Positions 20,274 through 35,600 of a stretch of 64,000 nucleotides of DNA are shown here, in pieces (within the stretch, counting starts at the first letter, position 1; the number at the start of each line of letters is the position of its first letter). Origin of the DNA: Microthyrium microscopicum. Lineage: Eukaryota. Where the stretch lies: contig MU004236.1 in assembly GCA_010405405.1 (NCBI GenBank), positions 1,618,070 through 1,682,069 of the forward strand, read 5' to 3'. The position numbers were made by a program, and so were the translations under genes. The notes under the pieces are model-generated. The model saw only the letters and a list, made by a program, of their open reading frames with translations. It searched no databases and was not told the origin of the DNA.

Positions 20274-23200
20274 GATTGATTGATCAAATGATGTGTAAAG
20301 CGGGTAAGTGAGATTTGTAGTTGTTTGGGTGTAGCGAAAGAGCCAGCTCTTGATGGAAGATGGAAAATTAGGCGGAAGAGAGAGGTGGAAAGGTGTTGTT
20401 AAAGAAGGCAAATGGATCTGAGGTTGGAAACGGAAAAGGTCACACTAGCGCTGGGTAAACCTCGGAATCTCGGCGTTTCGCGAAGGTATGTTGTGATGAA
20501 GAACATGCCAAGGGATTAGATAATCGCAGGACCTAATTAGGGATAACATAATCCCCTAATTAGCGTATCCTAAAAACTATATTAGGCCCTTAGACTCCTA
20601 TAGTAATTAACTACGCTTTATTTCTTATATTCTTATAATATCTAGTAGTAATAATTTAATTTAATTAAGACCTCTAGATAATAAACCTCTTATAAAAATT
20701 CTTAGATTTACCTTATTATTAATAATTACTTAGGATTAATATTTAGTAGAATATACTCTAAGAATACTATTCCCTAATTAGCTAGCTTTATTATAGCCTA
20801 ATACCTAATAACTATATATTAAGAAATAATTCTTAGAATTTATATATAATAATATTCTTTACTACTATATATCCTAAAAATATCTTAAATTATCTTTAAT
20901 TTAAACTACTACTTTAAGGATTATTAAATATATTATAAGAATTATCTCTTCTATAATAATACTCTCTTTATTCTTATTAACTTTTATTACGTTAATTACG
21001 TAGTTATTAAATAAAATATAGAAACTTCTTTTTAGAAAATCTCTTAGGATAATATTATAAGAACTTTATTATATAGATTAAAGCTAATAAATAATAATAT
21101 AAACTCTTAGCCTTAGGTTATCTTAAGAAATTAAATTAAGATCTTATTTATACTAAGGAAGTATAAAAATCTACCTTAGAATAATCTTTTAACTCTAGAT
21201 TCTATTTAACTAACTTTAATATAAGAACTTTTAGACCTTAAGATTCTTTCTCTACTTTATTAAGATTATACTCTTTATTAAAACTATTACTCTCTTTTAC
21301 TAAAATAAATAACTAGCATAATAATATTATAGCTTAAGCTATAAGATAAGATACTTAGTAAGCATAATACTAAGCCTAGGTTACTAACTTAAGTTCTTAA
21401 GATAAGTAACTTACTCTTATATTACTAAATAACCTTTTTAGCGTACTAAATCTTAGTTCTAACCTTATAACTTAGATTACTAATATTTAGTAATTAGAGC
21501 CTTAAGTCTTAAACTATCTTATTAGCGTATATTAAATTAATCTCTAGATTATTAACTATCCTTTTATTAAACTATAAACTCTCTTCTAAGCTTAGAACTA
21601 TACTCCTAGGAAACTTAACTACATTCTTTAAGCCTATAACTAAATTTTTTAACGTAATAATAATAAAAATTAGTAGTTTATAAATAAGCTTATTCTTCTT
21701 TAAAGAGCGTTATTTTACTCTATTATTAATAAGCAAATTAAATAAGATTATAGCTCTAAACTTATAAAGGACATCTAATATACTTAGTAATAAAAAATAG
21801 TAAATTATATTACTAAATTAACCTCTTACCTTAATATAAGTAAGTTTACTCTATATACTTAAGATTATTAAGTAGATAAAATTAAGACTTATATCTAAAC
21901 TTAGGCTTTAACTTAAAAAACTTTATAAATAGGTATTACTTATTTAGACTTTATAAGAAAGCTAAGTAAAAAGTTAGATAAAACTATTAAATTACTCTTC
22001 TAAACTTTTAGTTCCTAAAAACTTATTAAGATAATAAAAGATATTCCTTAGGAATAGAAATAATATTTAATTAAGTTTAAGATACTTCTTAATAGTTTAT
22101 TCTTTAAGAAACTAAGTAAGTATAATACCTAAGCTAAGAACCTCCTTTATACCTTTAAGGCTAGTAAGGATATTCTTTTATTAAATTCTACTTTACTTAA
22201 GTAATAGAAAATTACTAAGGTTAGAAAATATCTCTCTATTAAGTAACGTCTCCTATAAGCTAACTTAGCCTAATAATAAGCTATAGAGGAGTTTAAGATA
22301 CTTAAAAGTTTATTTTACTTCTTTACTTACTTTTAATCTATATTTAGTATTAAAAAAGATATACTTAAGGTTAGTATCTAGTAAGATTATATATTATAAG
22401 TTTTATCTACTAAGGAATTTATTTATTATCTTTATATTCTATAGACTTAAATAAATCCTATACTTACTAATTATAAAATAAGTATCTAAATCTAAGAAGG
22501 CTTTAAAGAATAAGTTACTCTTAAAGCTAAGTATAAATATAGTACTATTCTTAACTCTATAGTTAATATTTTAGCCTTTAAATAAGAGATTATTAAATAT
22601 AATATAAACTTCTATAGAAATACGTATAATACTTATAACGCTTATAGGCTAGGGTAGCTTAATAAAATCTCTTTTAGTTTTAAGAAAGATAAAAAGCCTA
22701 TCCTAAATACTAGTTCTAAGGAATATTTTAAAGAAGTTAATAATAAAAACTATACTAATAATAAGCTTAAGTTAGATAATAAAAATTTAGGATAGCTTAA
22801 TACTATAAATAGTTATAGTTATTATCTTAAAGAATAATATAATACTTAATACTCTAAGAAATTTAACTTTAATAAAAAGTTATATCTCTCTTATAAAAAG
22901 GACTCTAAAAGTAGGAAAGCTCTTATAAATAACTCTAAACTTAAGTACTAAAATTATAGTAAACTTAGCTACTATGCTATAAATTATAAAAAGTTTAACT
23001 AATAATAATAAGGTTTAAAAAATTACTATTATTAAGAAATAAATAAGAATCTTCTAGCTTAGAACTAGAATACCCTACTTATTTATATAATAACTAATAA
23101 GCTTTTCTTAACTATATAAGCAAATATAGTAATACTCTTTTATATCTACCTATTTACTTATATTATAAAAATTATTCTATTAAGACTATAGCTTTCTTAG

Positions 23201-25028
23201 ACTTAAGAGCTAATTCTATTTATATTAGTTAAAAGATTATTAAGAAACTTAAAGCTTCTATAATACCTATCTTAAAGAAAGAAGTTACTTTTATAAATAG
23301 CTATATAGTTATAACTTTCTTTAGGATTTACTTACCTTATTATATTAAGACTTTTTATAGCTACTTTAAGGCTTATATTCTAAATATTTCTAATCTTAAT
23401 ATTATTTTTAGACTCTTATAGTTCTAGTTATATAATTTATAGATTAATTAAATAATAGAGTAAATTAAGCTTATAGAGTAACGCTTAGAAAGCTTATATA
23501 CTTATAAGCTTACTATAAAACGCTAGGTAGAGCCTTTTTAGAATAAAGAGAGCTACTTAAAATAAATAGAGTAGTTTATAGCTAGCTCTCTTTACGTAAT
23601 CTTTTAAGTACTTTAAAATAGAGTAAAAAGAGTAAAAGATAAAGTTAAGAGCGTTCTTTAGCTAATTTAAGGAATATAGAAATAGCCTAATATCTTCTTA
23701 ATAACTAATAACCTTAATATTAATAAACTTACTTTAGAAAATAAAGATATATAGAAACTTTTAAATAATTACTATAGGTTCTTTTATTATATTCTTCCTA
23801 AACTCTTACTATACTTTAAGTTTAATTATAAAATCTTTATAAAGAATGCTCTTTCTTATAACTAAGCTTATTATTAGATATCTAACTTATAACTAAAAGA
23901 GTAAAAAAAGTAGATTTAAGAACTACTTACTAAAGAATTTATTAAAGTCTTAAGAAGTCCTTAGAGTTTCTTTATCCTATTTATACTAAAGCTAAGAAGA
24001 AAATAAAGAATATATATTAACTATTATCTACTTAATATAGTTACGTATAAGGATACTTATTCCTTACTATAAATTAATAAGTATCTTAATACTATTAATA
24101 AAGTAAGATTCTTCTTTAAGCTTAACCTCCTATTAGGCTATTAGTAAGTCTATATAGTAAAAAAAGATATTAAGAAAATAGCCTTTAATACTAGGTTTAA
24201 GAAGTATAAGTTCTTTATTATACCTTTTAGATTAATAAATATACTATTATTCTTTTAGCGTATAATAAATACTCTTCTTTAGCTTTTCTTATTAACCTAT
24301 ATAGTTATTTACCTAAATAATATTATTATTTACTTAGATACTATAAAGAAATATTATAAGTATATTACCTAAGTTTTAAAGATTCTTTAGAATAATAAGC
24401 TCTATACTTATCTTAATAAATATATCTTTAAAGTTAAAAAGATTAAATTCTATAGCTATAAAGTAAGAGATTAGTTGTTAGAGATTAAGGTTATAGAGTA
24501 GGTAAAAAGGTTATAAGATACTTAATAAATTAGGCATATAGAAATAAGGATAAAAGTAATTACTAAGGAACTATAAGAGGATTCCTTAGCCTTTATTTTA
24601 TTACCTAAGAACCTCTAAGGTTCCTCTCTAAGTTAGAGTAGTCTATCTATAAGCTAAGGTACCTTAGAGGTATGCTTAGCTACTAATTATAATAGTTAAG
24701 AACCTATTAGTTCTCTTAACTATAGAATATACTAAAGCTAAAGAAGTAGCTCTACTAGCTTCTAATAGCTATTAGGCTAAGGCACTTAGGCTATAATACC
24801 TATCTAGAAGAGTCTATTAGGTTTAATTCCTAATATTATCCTTCTAATAAAAACCTAAATATTCTTATAGGTCTCTAAAGAGTTAACTACATTCTAATAG
24901 TACTAATATACTTTAGGATATATTATATTATAATAGTATAAACTACTTAGCTACTATCTAGCTAGCTAGATAATAATCTTAGTAAATCCTAATAAACCTA
25001 TTATTAGTTTTAAACGTTACTTAAAAGA

Positions 25029-28000
25029 TGTAAGGAGCTATTAGGCACGATTAGGCAAGCAGAATGTAGCTAGTATTGTAGGATCTACATATAGAGAGAG
25101 GAGATCTAGAGATAGAGCTATAGATATAAAGATATAGGGCCTAGGGAATCCTTAGATATACTAACCCTAAACGGAATAAAGAGATCTTATCTATAGGATT
25201 AGATCTCTAAATCTAACACTAAAATACCAAACCTATAAGGATTCCTTACATAACTCCCCCTTTCTAAAACAGACCTCCTAGGCTATTCTAATTTATTCTA
25301 TTCTAGGCTAGGCTAGGCTAGTCTAGTCTGGTCTAGTCTAGTCTATATAAATACTAAACTCCTTTATATATATTACTACTAAGAGATATATAATACGTTA
25401 TCTACTAACCTTAGCAACTATTAAAACCTATTAATAAAGGTAAGGATGTCTATTTAAAATAGTCTATAGTGTCTAATAGTTTTAATAGTAGCGTTATTAA
25501 AATAAACTAAAAATAAGGGGTATAAAACTATAAAAACAAAACGTTTTTATATTACGTAATCTTAATCTATAGGCAAACTGTTAATATCGTAATCTTCTTC
25601 TTAGTTAGGCTTTAGCAGCTTTTAAGAGGAATATAGACTTAGTTTATTAAGATATAGATAATAAAACTCTAAAATAGCATTAGGCGCGTTAAGCACGTTC
25701 TACTATAGTTACTAACTCTTATTATAATAACTATTTTACTTAATTCTATATTTTAGGACCTTGCCTTTACTACAGCCTTCCTATTTACTATTAGTAATAG
25801 TGTCTATAAGCTATTCCTCTTCTTTACTTTTAACTTTGCTAATAATAGTTAGTAGAGGGTTAACTTCTTTAAGAAGCTTAGCCTTATTGTTAATAGGGTA
25901 TAATAACTAAGTATAAAATACTAGATATATTTTTATTAACTTAGATAGGTCTAATTTATAAGTAATATTATTAATCTTATAGAGGACTTTAAATAGTCTT
26001 ATACTCTTATTATTTAGCGTTTTTAAAGGGCGTATTATATTATAGTTACGAACGTTAAGATAAACCTAATCTCTTAGATAAAGATTAGGTGCTAGACGTT
26101 AGTACTTATTAGCATAGAGCTTTTATTATAATTATGCCTATATTAATTGTTTCTTTAAGAATTAGTATAATTTCTCTTTACTATCCTAGATATAGTTTAC
26201 TAAGGCAACTTCCTTATAAGTTGCTATAGATTTATATAAAGCTTTAGGTAGTAGATAATAAGCTAATTCTAATCCTAATTTTAGTAGGAAATTATTTTAG
26301 GCCTTAAATAGTATAAAGCCTATAGTAGCGCTTACTGCTAAGTTAACTATAAACTTAGTAAAGGGTAATAATAAGGCCTAATTGTCTTAGTCTTAGTTAA
26401 TAAATGAGCGTAGGTACTATTTAAGTATAGTAATTAAAATTTCTATAATTTTATCTATCTTAGGATGCTAAGCTATACTTAGCCTTAGAGTAACGCTAAT
26501 ACGCTTATAAAGGTAGCCTTAAAATGCTAACGTGAACTAGGTCTTTCTATCTAATAGGATAGAATCTAGCTAACTATAAAGCTTCTAGATGTAGTTAATA
26601 AACGCTATAACTATTATTTTAACTAATAGGTTAGGAAGGGTAATAAATCTCTAAGACTATATAAGGTAATTAACTATAACTATAATATAGTAGTAGATAA
26701 TTCTTTAGTATATATATCTTAGCAAGGAGATAGTAAAGTTAATAAAAATATTTAACTAAGTATAATCTAATAGTAAGAAGGATTTTAATAAATCTTGCTT
26801 CTTTTAATGTATAGGTTTAGTAAAGACATAGTAATAGCCCTTAATAAAAGTCTTTATTAACTCTAATATGCGTAGCTACTAGTAGTCTTGCTATAAATAG
26901 TAGTATATTGTTATAACTCCTTTATGTCTTATAACCTTATATTAATAAGCCTACTTTATAGCTTTATAGCGTAAGTAGGCAGTAGGAATAAAGAGCTTTT
27001 ACTAGTAAAGCACTATACTATTTAGCATAGCTTTATAATCTATTAACTTAATATACTTTTAGTTAGGGATATTAAAAAGTAGGAAGTAGTCTTTTTATAC
27101 TTTAGCTAGCTAAATTATAATTAATAGCTCGTTAACCTTACTTGCTTTTATTACCTCTTTTAAGAACTATTCTAGGGTAAAGTTTAGGGATTCCTTATTA
27201 ACTAGTAGAGAATTATCTAAACTAACTAGAGCCTTATTTTAAAGGCTCTTTATAATAGGTTCTAAATATAACTCCCCTATTATAGTAGTATCTAACTTAT
27301 TCGCTATAATTATAGCTACTTATAAAAGGGATAAGGTAATAAGATTAATAAGAATTATAGTAAGTTTAATTACTTTTTCTATACTAAACTAGTAAAGGAA
27401 TAAAAGTAGTTAATACTACTAAGTAATTTATAGATTATTATTACTTTAAGGAAGATCTTAGGAACGTCTTGTAAGAGCGTTAGCTTTATTATTAGCTATT
27501 CCTAGGCAATATTTAATAAGGAAGTAGAACTATAATAGGAATTTAGCCTATTGTATTTAATAGTAAGTAAGCTTCTTTGTTTTTATAAATATTTAGAGGT
27601 TTTAATAATTTGAGAAGACCTTAATAACGTCTTCTATATTAAAGAGTTTAGGTTCTTATTCTTTAAAAGCTTAGATAATAGCTAATAGTTTCTTATTATA
27701 GATGTCGTAATTGTATTTTATAGGTGTTATCTTTTTAGATAGGAACGTAATAAGTTTAAGATCTTTGTTAGCATCCTTTTATAATAATACTACTATATAT
27801 ACCTAATCTAAGGCATTTATTTCTACCTAAGTTTCCTTATTATAGTCAAAGTAGATAAGAATAGGGGTAGAAGTAAAAGCTTCTTTAAGAGCTTTAAACG
27901 CTCTCTTTTTTAGCCCTTCTAGATTCTATGGAAAGACTATAATAGCGTCTTTTCTTATAAGATTAGTTAATAGCGCCGCTATAGCTAAGTAGCTAAATAT

Positions 28001-31000
28001 AAAGTAATAGTAGAAATTAGTAAATCTAAGGAATGCCTAAACGTCTTTTAAGTACGCTAGTTATTCTTATTCTAATACTATCTAAACCTTAGTAAGATCT
28101 ATTTTAATGCCCTTAGTAGTAATAATTAGACTAAGGTATTTAACTTCTTAGACGTAGAATTTAGACTTCTTAATATTTAGGAATAAACTTGCACGTTCTA
28201 ATATATTTAAGATAAGATAGATATATATATTATATTCCTCTAACGTTTTACTAAAGATTAAGATATTATTAAGGTAGATAGTAATAAAATTATTAAGAAA
28301 TTATATTAACGCGTAATTAACGTAAGATTAAAACGTTCTTAGCCCTTCTATAAGACTAAAGAGGAGGACGTTAAATTCAAAGAGGCTATATTAGGTAAGA
28401 AAGGCTGTTTTATACTTATCTCTAGGTTTAATCTAAATCTATTTAAATACTATAATAATATTAAATTTTAAGTAGAACTTTACGCGTATTAAACGTATAA
28501 GTATTTCATTAATAAAAGGAGGAATATTATTATTCTTAATAGTAATTTTATTAAGTCTATAATAATTAATATAAACTCTAATACCTTTACCTAGCTTACT
28601 AACGTAAAGTATTAATGTAGCATATTAAGACTTAGAAGGCCTTATAAACCTGCGTGCTAATAATTACTCTATATACTACTTTATTACTAATGCTTACTTT
28701 AAGGATATTAAGATAGGATAATGTTTTAGTATTTTTGTATTTAGGATAAGGTTAATAGCATAATTAAATTTACCTTAATATAGTATAAAAGTATTAGCTT
28801 ATTTTAGGTTAAAAACCTTAAAGTATCGTTAGAACTCCTTTAGAATAAGCTTTAGTATTTCTTCTTATAATATATATAGGCTGTCCTATTTATTTTGCTA
28901 TTTAATATAATTCTCTTTAGAGATAGCGTAAGCAAAGAGATTTATTGCTTCTTTATTATTATCGTCCTTATTTATTATTCTATTATCTTTTATCTTTTTA
29001 AAATCTTCTAGCTAAAAGGCGTTAATAATAGCGTCTTTACGTTTTAAAAGCTTCTTAAATACTATAATAAATATAAACGTAATGTTTATATTATTAGGAA
29101 GAGGAAGGTTAATTATATATCCTTTTAGATCTATAGATATTAGGCAACGTAATATAATATAATTAGTAATATATTATATGCTACTAAAGGTTAAGATTCT
29201 TAATCCTTTATAGAGATTAACTTTATATTAGTCTATCTAAGGCGCTCCTAATATTAGGTTATATAAGGCAACTTTTATAACGAAATAACTAAGTTATTTA
29301 ATATAGTAGCTAATATAAATATTAATAAGGGCAGCCTTATTAACTATAGAAATAGACTTGCTATTAGCAAGCTTAATAATTTAAGGTTAAGTAAGGTTAA
29401 ATATTAGTATACTATATTATCTTAAGTAGTAGAAATTAACAATACCTATAGCGTTACTACCTATATTAATTAGGATACCTATATTAGAATACGCTTTACT
29501 ATGTAAAATATAAACTTGCTCTACTATAGTCTACTAAGATCTAATAATAGGGTCTTTCTTTTTAATATCCTTTAGCTATACCGTAGGTATAATAGAAGCT
29601 AGTAATATGTAAATAGCTTAAGAGTATACTAGTATAACGTAGCTTTTATAGACTACTTCTTTATATTTAAGGCGCTTAATATAATAATATAGATATTTAA
29701 TAATAACCTCTTTATTCTTGCAAAAGGTCTTCTTAGCTTTTTACTTATTAGTTTTAATATTAGGTAGTTAGGCATTAGGTTGGTTATCCTAACGTTTTTT
29801 TTGTTTATTTTATGCTTTATTCTTATTTAGCTCCTTCTTATGGCTTAGTAAAGAAGTATCTAGTTTAATAGATAGTAGTTATCTTTATCTTAAGCTTCCT
29901 TAATGAAGGGCTATTAACCTTAATGCACGCGCGTAAATACTATAGCTAGTTAAGTAACCTTAGCTTTAATCTTTTAATTAGATAATAGCTCTTAACCCTT
30001 ATAAGGTAGGTTTTTAGCGTTAGCATAATGTCCTTTTTTGCTATAATAAATATAATGTTTCTTAGCCTTTAGTACTTAGAATATATTTAGGGATTAAGAA
30101 ATATTATTATTTTTAGCGTTAGTGTTATTTCCTTAATTAGAAGATTAATTATTTCTTTAACGTAAGTTATTCTAATATAGGTTACTATTATTTAGATTTG
30201 TATTAATATTTAGTTTATAGTTAATATAATAACTAACGTTATAGAGTTAAGTATAGAAGGTAGTAAAGTCTTTAATATTATAAGCTACTAAGGGATTTAT
30301 AAACTTTTTTAGGATTAGATCTTTGAGTTTAATAATCTTCTTACGTTTATTAAGTTCTATATTTATAGAGTTAGCTTTAAATCGTCCTAAGAACCTTTAA
30401 AGAGTCTTAGAATCTTTTATCTTAGCTTTAGGTGACTTTAACTAAGCTTTAGCATCCTTAAAATCGTTTTTAGAATAGAAGTAGCTATCTAGATTAGTTT
30501 ATATCTTGTTTATATACTTATATAGGTTCTTTAATTTTCTACCTCCTTAAATAATAGCAAGGTTATAGGTAGTACTAGTAAGGCGTTAATAAATAAACTT
30601 AATCTTTTTCTTTTCTATTAAGACGTATAAATACGCCTCGTTATTAAGTAGGATATTAAGTATCTTCTTTTTTTATATCTTATACTTAGTTATATTAATT
30701 CTAGTAAAGTTACTAGGTTCCTTAAAATAAAGGTAACTACTTATTACGCTTATAGTAGTTAATAATAGGGTTAAATATTATATGCCTATAGGTTAGATAT
30801 TACTTAATACTACTAGACGTATAGAATTTAACGTATAATAACTTAGAATAGCGTTATCTTCTAAATCTTTATAATTAATATAAGAAGGTAGTACTATAAT
30901 TAATGCTACTTATAGCTATCCTTCTAGTTTAGTAATTTTAGTACGTAGTAAGCTAACTAATTCTTAATATTAAAGGTTAGTAGCTTATTTAGTCTCTAGC

Positions 31001-32685
31001 TTTATAATAGCCTATTATTTAGATTAGCATGCTATATTTAATTTAATAGTATAATTGCGTTATAACTAGTTAATATAGGCTTAAACGTCCTTTATTAAAC
31101 GTTACTAATCTATAGCTTTATCCTATAAGGTTTTAAATGACTTCTTAAGATGAGCTATATTAAAGTTTAATTTTAGGAGATTCTTTATAATAGTATCCTA
31201 TACTAATCTTAAAGACTAATAGTAAAGAGTTATAGTCTATAATATTGCTAGCGTAATATAAAGTTATTTAAAGAAATCTTTAGAGTAGCTAGACTTAATA
31301 TAATAATATAAGAAATTCCCTCCTTTAATAGTAAGGTATTAATCCTATACTAGGTTTAATAGGTTTACTTCGTCTTAGTGAATTATTAATACTTATTTTC
31401 CCTATTTTAGTCTAATTCTATATAAGGCTTATATAAATAAAGGCTTATTTGTTATTAATAGAGTAATATTATAGTTTAAGTCTATAGGTATAATAGGTAA
31501 ATAGGAAAGGAATCCTAGAGGGACGTTTAAAGGGTTAAGTTAATTAAGTAGTAAATCTAACTAGAGTTATATATCTTTTAGAAAACGTACTTCACTATTA
31601 TTTAACGCTTCTACTATACGTTCTTTTCCTTTAATTACTTTTATTATAAAAGGGCTAGTAATCTAGGTAGCACTAGAGGTTAATACCTCTTCCTTTAATC
31701 CTAGTTCTTTTATTAACGTTGCGATAAGTGCTACTCTAGAAGCTTTCTCTACTTCTTAGATATTTATAGCGTTCTAACGTAGGAATTTAGCGTCTTTATT
31801 ATTAAAGAGTCTTTTATCTTTTTTAAGTATTAGAGGAAGTTTAATAGTATCTTAAACCCTAAGTAGTTCGTATTAAAGGGTTAACTATAAAATTAATATC
31901 TAATTAGCTTTTGTATCTAATACAACTAACGTAGCCTTTAAGAAGCGTCTATATAAGTCGTAGAGAGGTAGGGAACGCTTTAGTAAATAAGATTGTAAGC
32001 GCTTGTATTTAAGGTAGAAAGGATAAGGTAGTATGCTATAATTAGTGCGCTAGTTATTCTTATAATTTATAATAATATTATTTCTATTATTGTTAAAACT
32101 AATCTAATAGAATAATAAATATTTTAGACAAGAGATAGGGTATATATAAGTAGATAATAAGTAGAGAGGATATAGAATGTTTTTATAGATCGTTAGTAGA
32201 AGAATACAGTAGGGTAAACGCTTTGACCGCTTTATACTCTTTGTTCTAGTAAATAATACTAAAAAGGCGCTTATTTAATTAAGTGTTTGTAGCTTTGCTA
32301 GTACCTTTTATAAGGATCTAAATAGCGCTAATCCTAACTAAGGGTAGTACTACTAATTTGTTATTATTATTTAGCGAATTTAAGTACAACTTTAGCTAGT
32401 AGTAATCTAGTAATACGTAATAAATATATAGAGTTATTTTTTAGTATAGAGGTACGTAGATTATATAAGGAGCTATTAGGCATAATTAGGCAAGTAGAAT
32501 ATAGCTAGTATTATAGGATCTACGTATAGAGAAAGAAGATCTAGAGATAGAGCTATGGATGCAAAGATATAGGGCCTAGGAGATCCTTAGATACACTAAC
32601 CCTAAACGGAATAAAGAGATCTTATTTGTAGGATTAGATCTCTAGATCCAACACTAAAACACTAAACCTATAAGGATTCCTTATA
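25029..32685 (-). mobile_element. Ty3/Gypsy element C (7657 bp), nested in the 3' region of B
   Basis: 222-bp LTRs at 25029-25250 (TGTAAGG..CCTTACA) and 32464-32685; perfect TSD AAAGA; reverse PPT TAACTCCCCCTTTC at 25251; minus-strand RT motif at ~28262-28280. Confidence 0.93.
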
Positions 32686-35600
32686 AAAGAGTACCTTTTA
32701 AATAATAATTTATAAAGCTAAACGTTACTATTAGGTACCTATTTAAGTTTATCTAGATTTATTAAAAACTTAGGCATTTTTAAGTTTCCTTAGGCTATTA
32801 CCTTAAGCCTACCTAATCTATAGATTATTACCTACTAAAAGCAACTTTTCTCTTTAGAATTTTTACTTATAGTAAGGATTAATATTAAAGCTTTTCTTAA
32901 TAGAAAGTACTTAATAAAGTAAATATTTACTCTCTACTAACCTAATTAGGTAGAAAAGTATTAAATAAGGCATATTTAATCTTATAATTACGTACTTCTT
33001 CTAATTTTTCTTTATTCTACTTTTATAGAATTAAAGTATATACCTAAGTAAACCCTAGCTAACTAAGTAAAGCTAACCTTTATAAATAAAGCTATAGTAT
33101 AAGAATAAGTCCTAGCTAGTAGTCCTAATATTTTATTAGTAGCTTTTTTATAAATCTACTTAGTATATTTTATACCCTTTTATACTTATTCTTTCTAATA
33201 GCTACTATAAAAGACAAAGTAAGAGCTAATAAGGCTCTAAATAAACCTAGTCTATCTTTATTTAATGCCTCTAAAGTCTCTAAGAATACTTCTAAGGTCT
33301 CTAAAGATACTATTACTTTATTAAAGACTTTAATTACTAGTATTATAAAACTAGCTAATTCTACTAATACTAATACTACTAAAAAGGTAACTAATAAAGT
33401 TAAATTTATTAATAGTACTTAAATTAATACTAATAATAACTATATTAAACTATTAAGTTTAGGCTACTTCTCTTTAAAGCCTTCTAAATCTAAGGAGATT
33501 AAAAAGGATACTACCTAAACTAAGAAGAAGAGAAAGGCTTTTAAGTATAACTATAATAGTAAATCTAAACTTTCTTAGCCTAATATAAAGTAAATACGTA
33601 ATAATAATATTATATATACTAATAAGGCTTAGGCTTAGTTTAAATTATACTAGACTTCCTTTATCTATAACGTATTAATTAATTATAGTTAGTTAAGTAG
33701 TAAATATCTTCTATATAACTCTAATAATAATAAGATAAAACTATTTAATATAAATAAGTCTATTCTATATAAGAATAAAGCTAAGTTAATTATTAAATAG
33801 TTTCTTATACTTAATCTATATTAACAATATACTAAAGTATATACTAAGACTTTCCTATATATTAATCTAAAAAATTAGTGCTATATAGCTTCTAAGGACT
33901 ATATATTAGCCTTTAAGGTTTAAGATAGTTATTACTATATAACTTATAAGACTACTAAGTCCTATTAGTAGTACCTTAAGGTAAGTTATTCTTAATTAAT
34001 TTAATTTAAATCTAATTATTACTAATTATTTCCTAAGTTATTCCTTATAAAAAGAGTATTACTAAGGACCTCCTTTAAAAGCGTTATAACGTAATAAAAG
34101 TCTACGTACTTTATTAGTAAATCTATAATAATAATCTAAGTAAGTATAATATAGGTTAGCTTCTTCATACTAAAAAGGCAATTTACGTTATTAATAAGGA
34201 CGTTATAGAGGCTATCTAGACGTAAGTAAACCCTTTTATTATACTTAGATTTAAACTAATATAAATAGGTATATCTATATTAACGCTATAAATAATACTT
34301 TTCTTCTACATTCTAGTATTACTAAAGATAAATATAATAGTATTTATATAATACTAGTATATTATAAAAATAACAAAAAGGTTCTTATAACTAAGAAGGC
34401 TACCTATTACTCTAAAGTAGCTCTACTTAAAGCTATTATTAATACTACTTATATTAAGCATTATAATAACCTCTATACTTATTATTATAGATTTAAACTA
34501 CTTATAAATAGTAGCTAAGAGGATATAAGTATTTTAATTATATTACTTAGATTCTAATTAACTCTATTCTAAATTATAGGTACTTTATTACGTTAAATTA
34601 GTAATCTTACTAACATTATAAAAATACTTACTTCTTAATAGGCTAATAATACTAAAAAAAAAGAGAAAGCTTCTAATATAAGTTAGTTTATAACCCTTTA
34701 GAGCTAGATTAATAAGTACGAGCTTAGAATAAATAAGTAAGTAGTTCTTTATTACTATCTAGTTATAATAGGTTAAATTAATTTTAAGGATAATAATTTA
34801 GAGTCTAAAGAGTCTAAAGAGTCTAAAGAGTAGATATAGTATCTAGTAGATATATCTAGTATTAAGTTAATATATCTAGTATCTAATAAATAAGATTAGT
34901 TATATTTTAGGTTTATTATAAGCTATTTATTAGTACTTAGTAGCTATTAGGTTCTATTTAAACTAATTTATATAAATAGTATAAGATAGTTTCTTCTAAT
35001 AAAATACTTTCTTAAATTTCTAAGTCCTCTCTTATAAACCTAAATAGTACTTAAGAGTATATCTCTATAAACCTAAAATTATTATTTTAAAGTATTTAAA
35101 GGGTACCCCTTTAAGAGTTAATAAGTAAAGCTAAAGCAATACTAATAGTTTTAGGTTTAGGTTTAAAATTAGTTCTATATCTAGTTTTAAATTTTCTTTA
35201 AGTCTTTTTTATTTAGACTATATTTATATATATATCTATAAGAACCTATTCGTTCTAAGGTATTATAATAGTACTATCTAAGTACTATTTAGTTTTATCT
35301 AAATAAGCTTATCTTAATTATAAGTAAGGTAAATTATTATTATACGTCTATATACGCTATAAGGTAACTATACTTTTATACTTATCCTTCTTATAAAAAG
35401 AGGCTTATCCTAAGTCTTATTATAACTATTTTAGTCTACCTAGCCCTTTCTTAGCTAGTATAGGTTTAGTAAGTACTAAAAGCTTCTTTAAACGTCTCCT
35501 TAGCTTCTTAGGCTTTAAATAGGGTTTATCTAAGTTAAGTTATTCTAATTTATATTTAGTTACTTCTATTAGAGCTAATTTAGCTAGAGAGATATCCTTT

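Noticed and set aside
20274..20411. Upstream TTG start for the KH protein
   Set aside because: Non-ATG start in pyrimidine-rich 5' UTR-like sequence; ATG 20273 is the plausible start.
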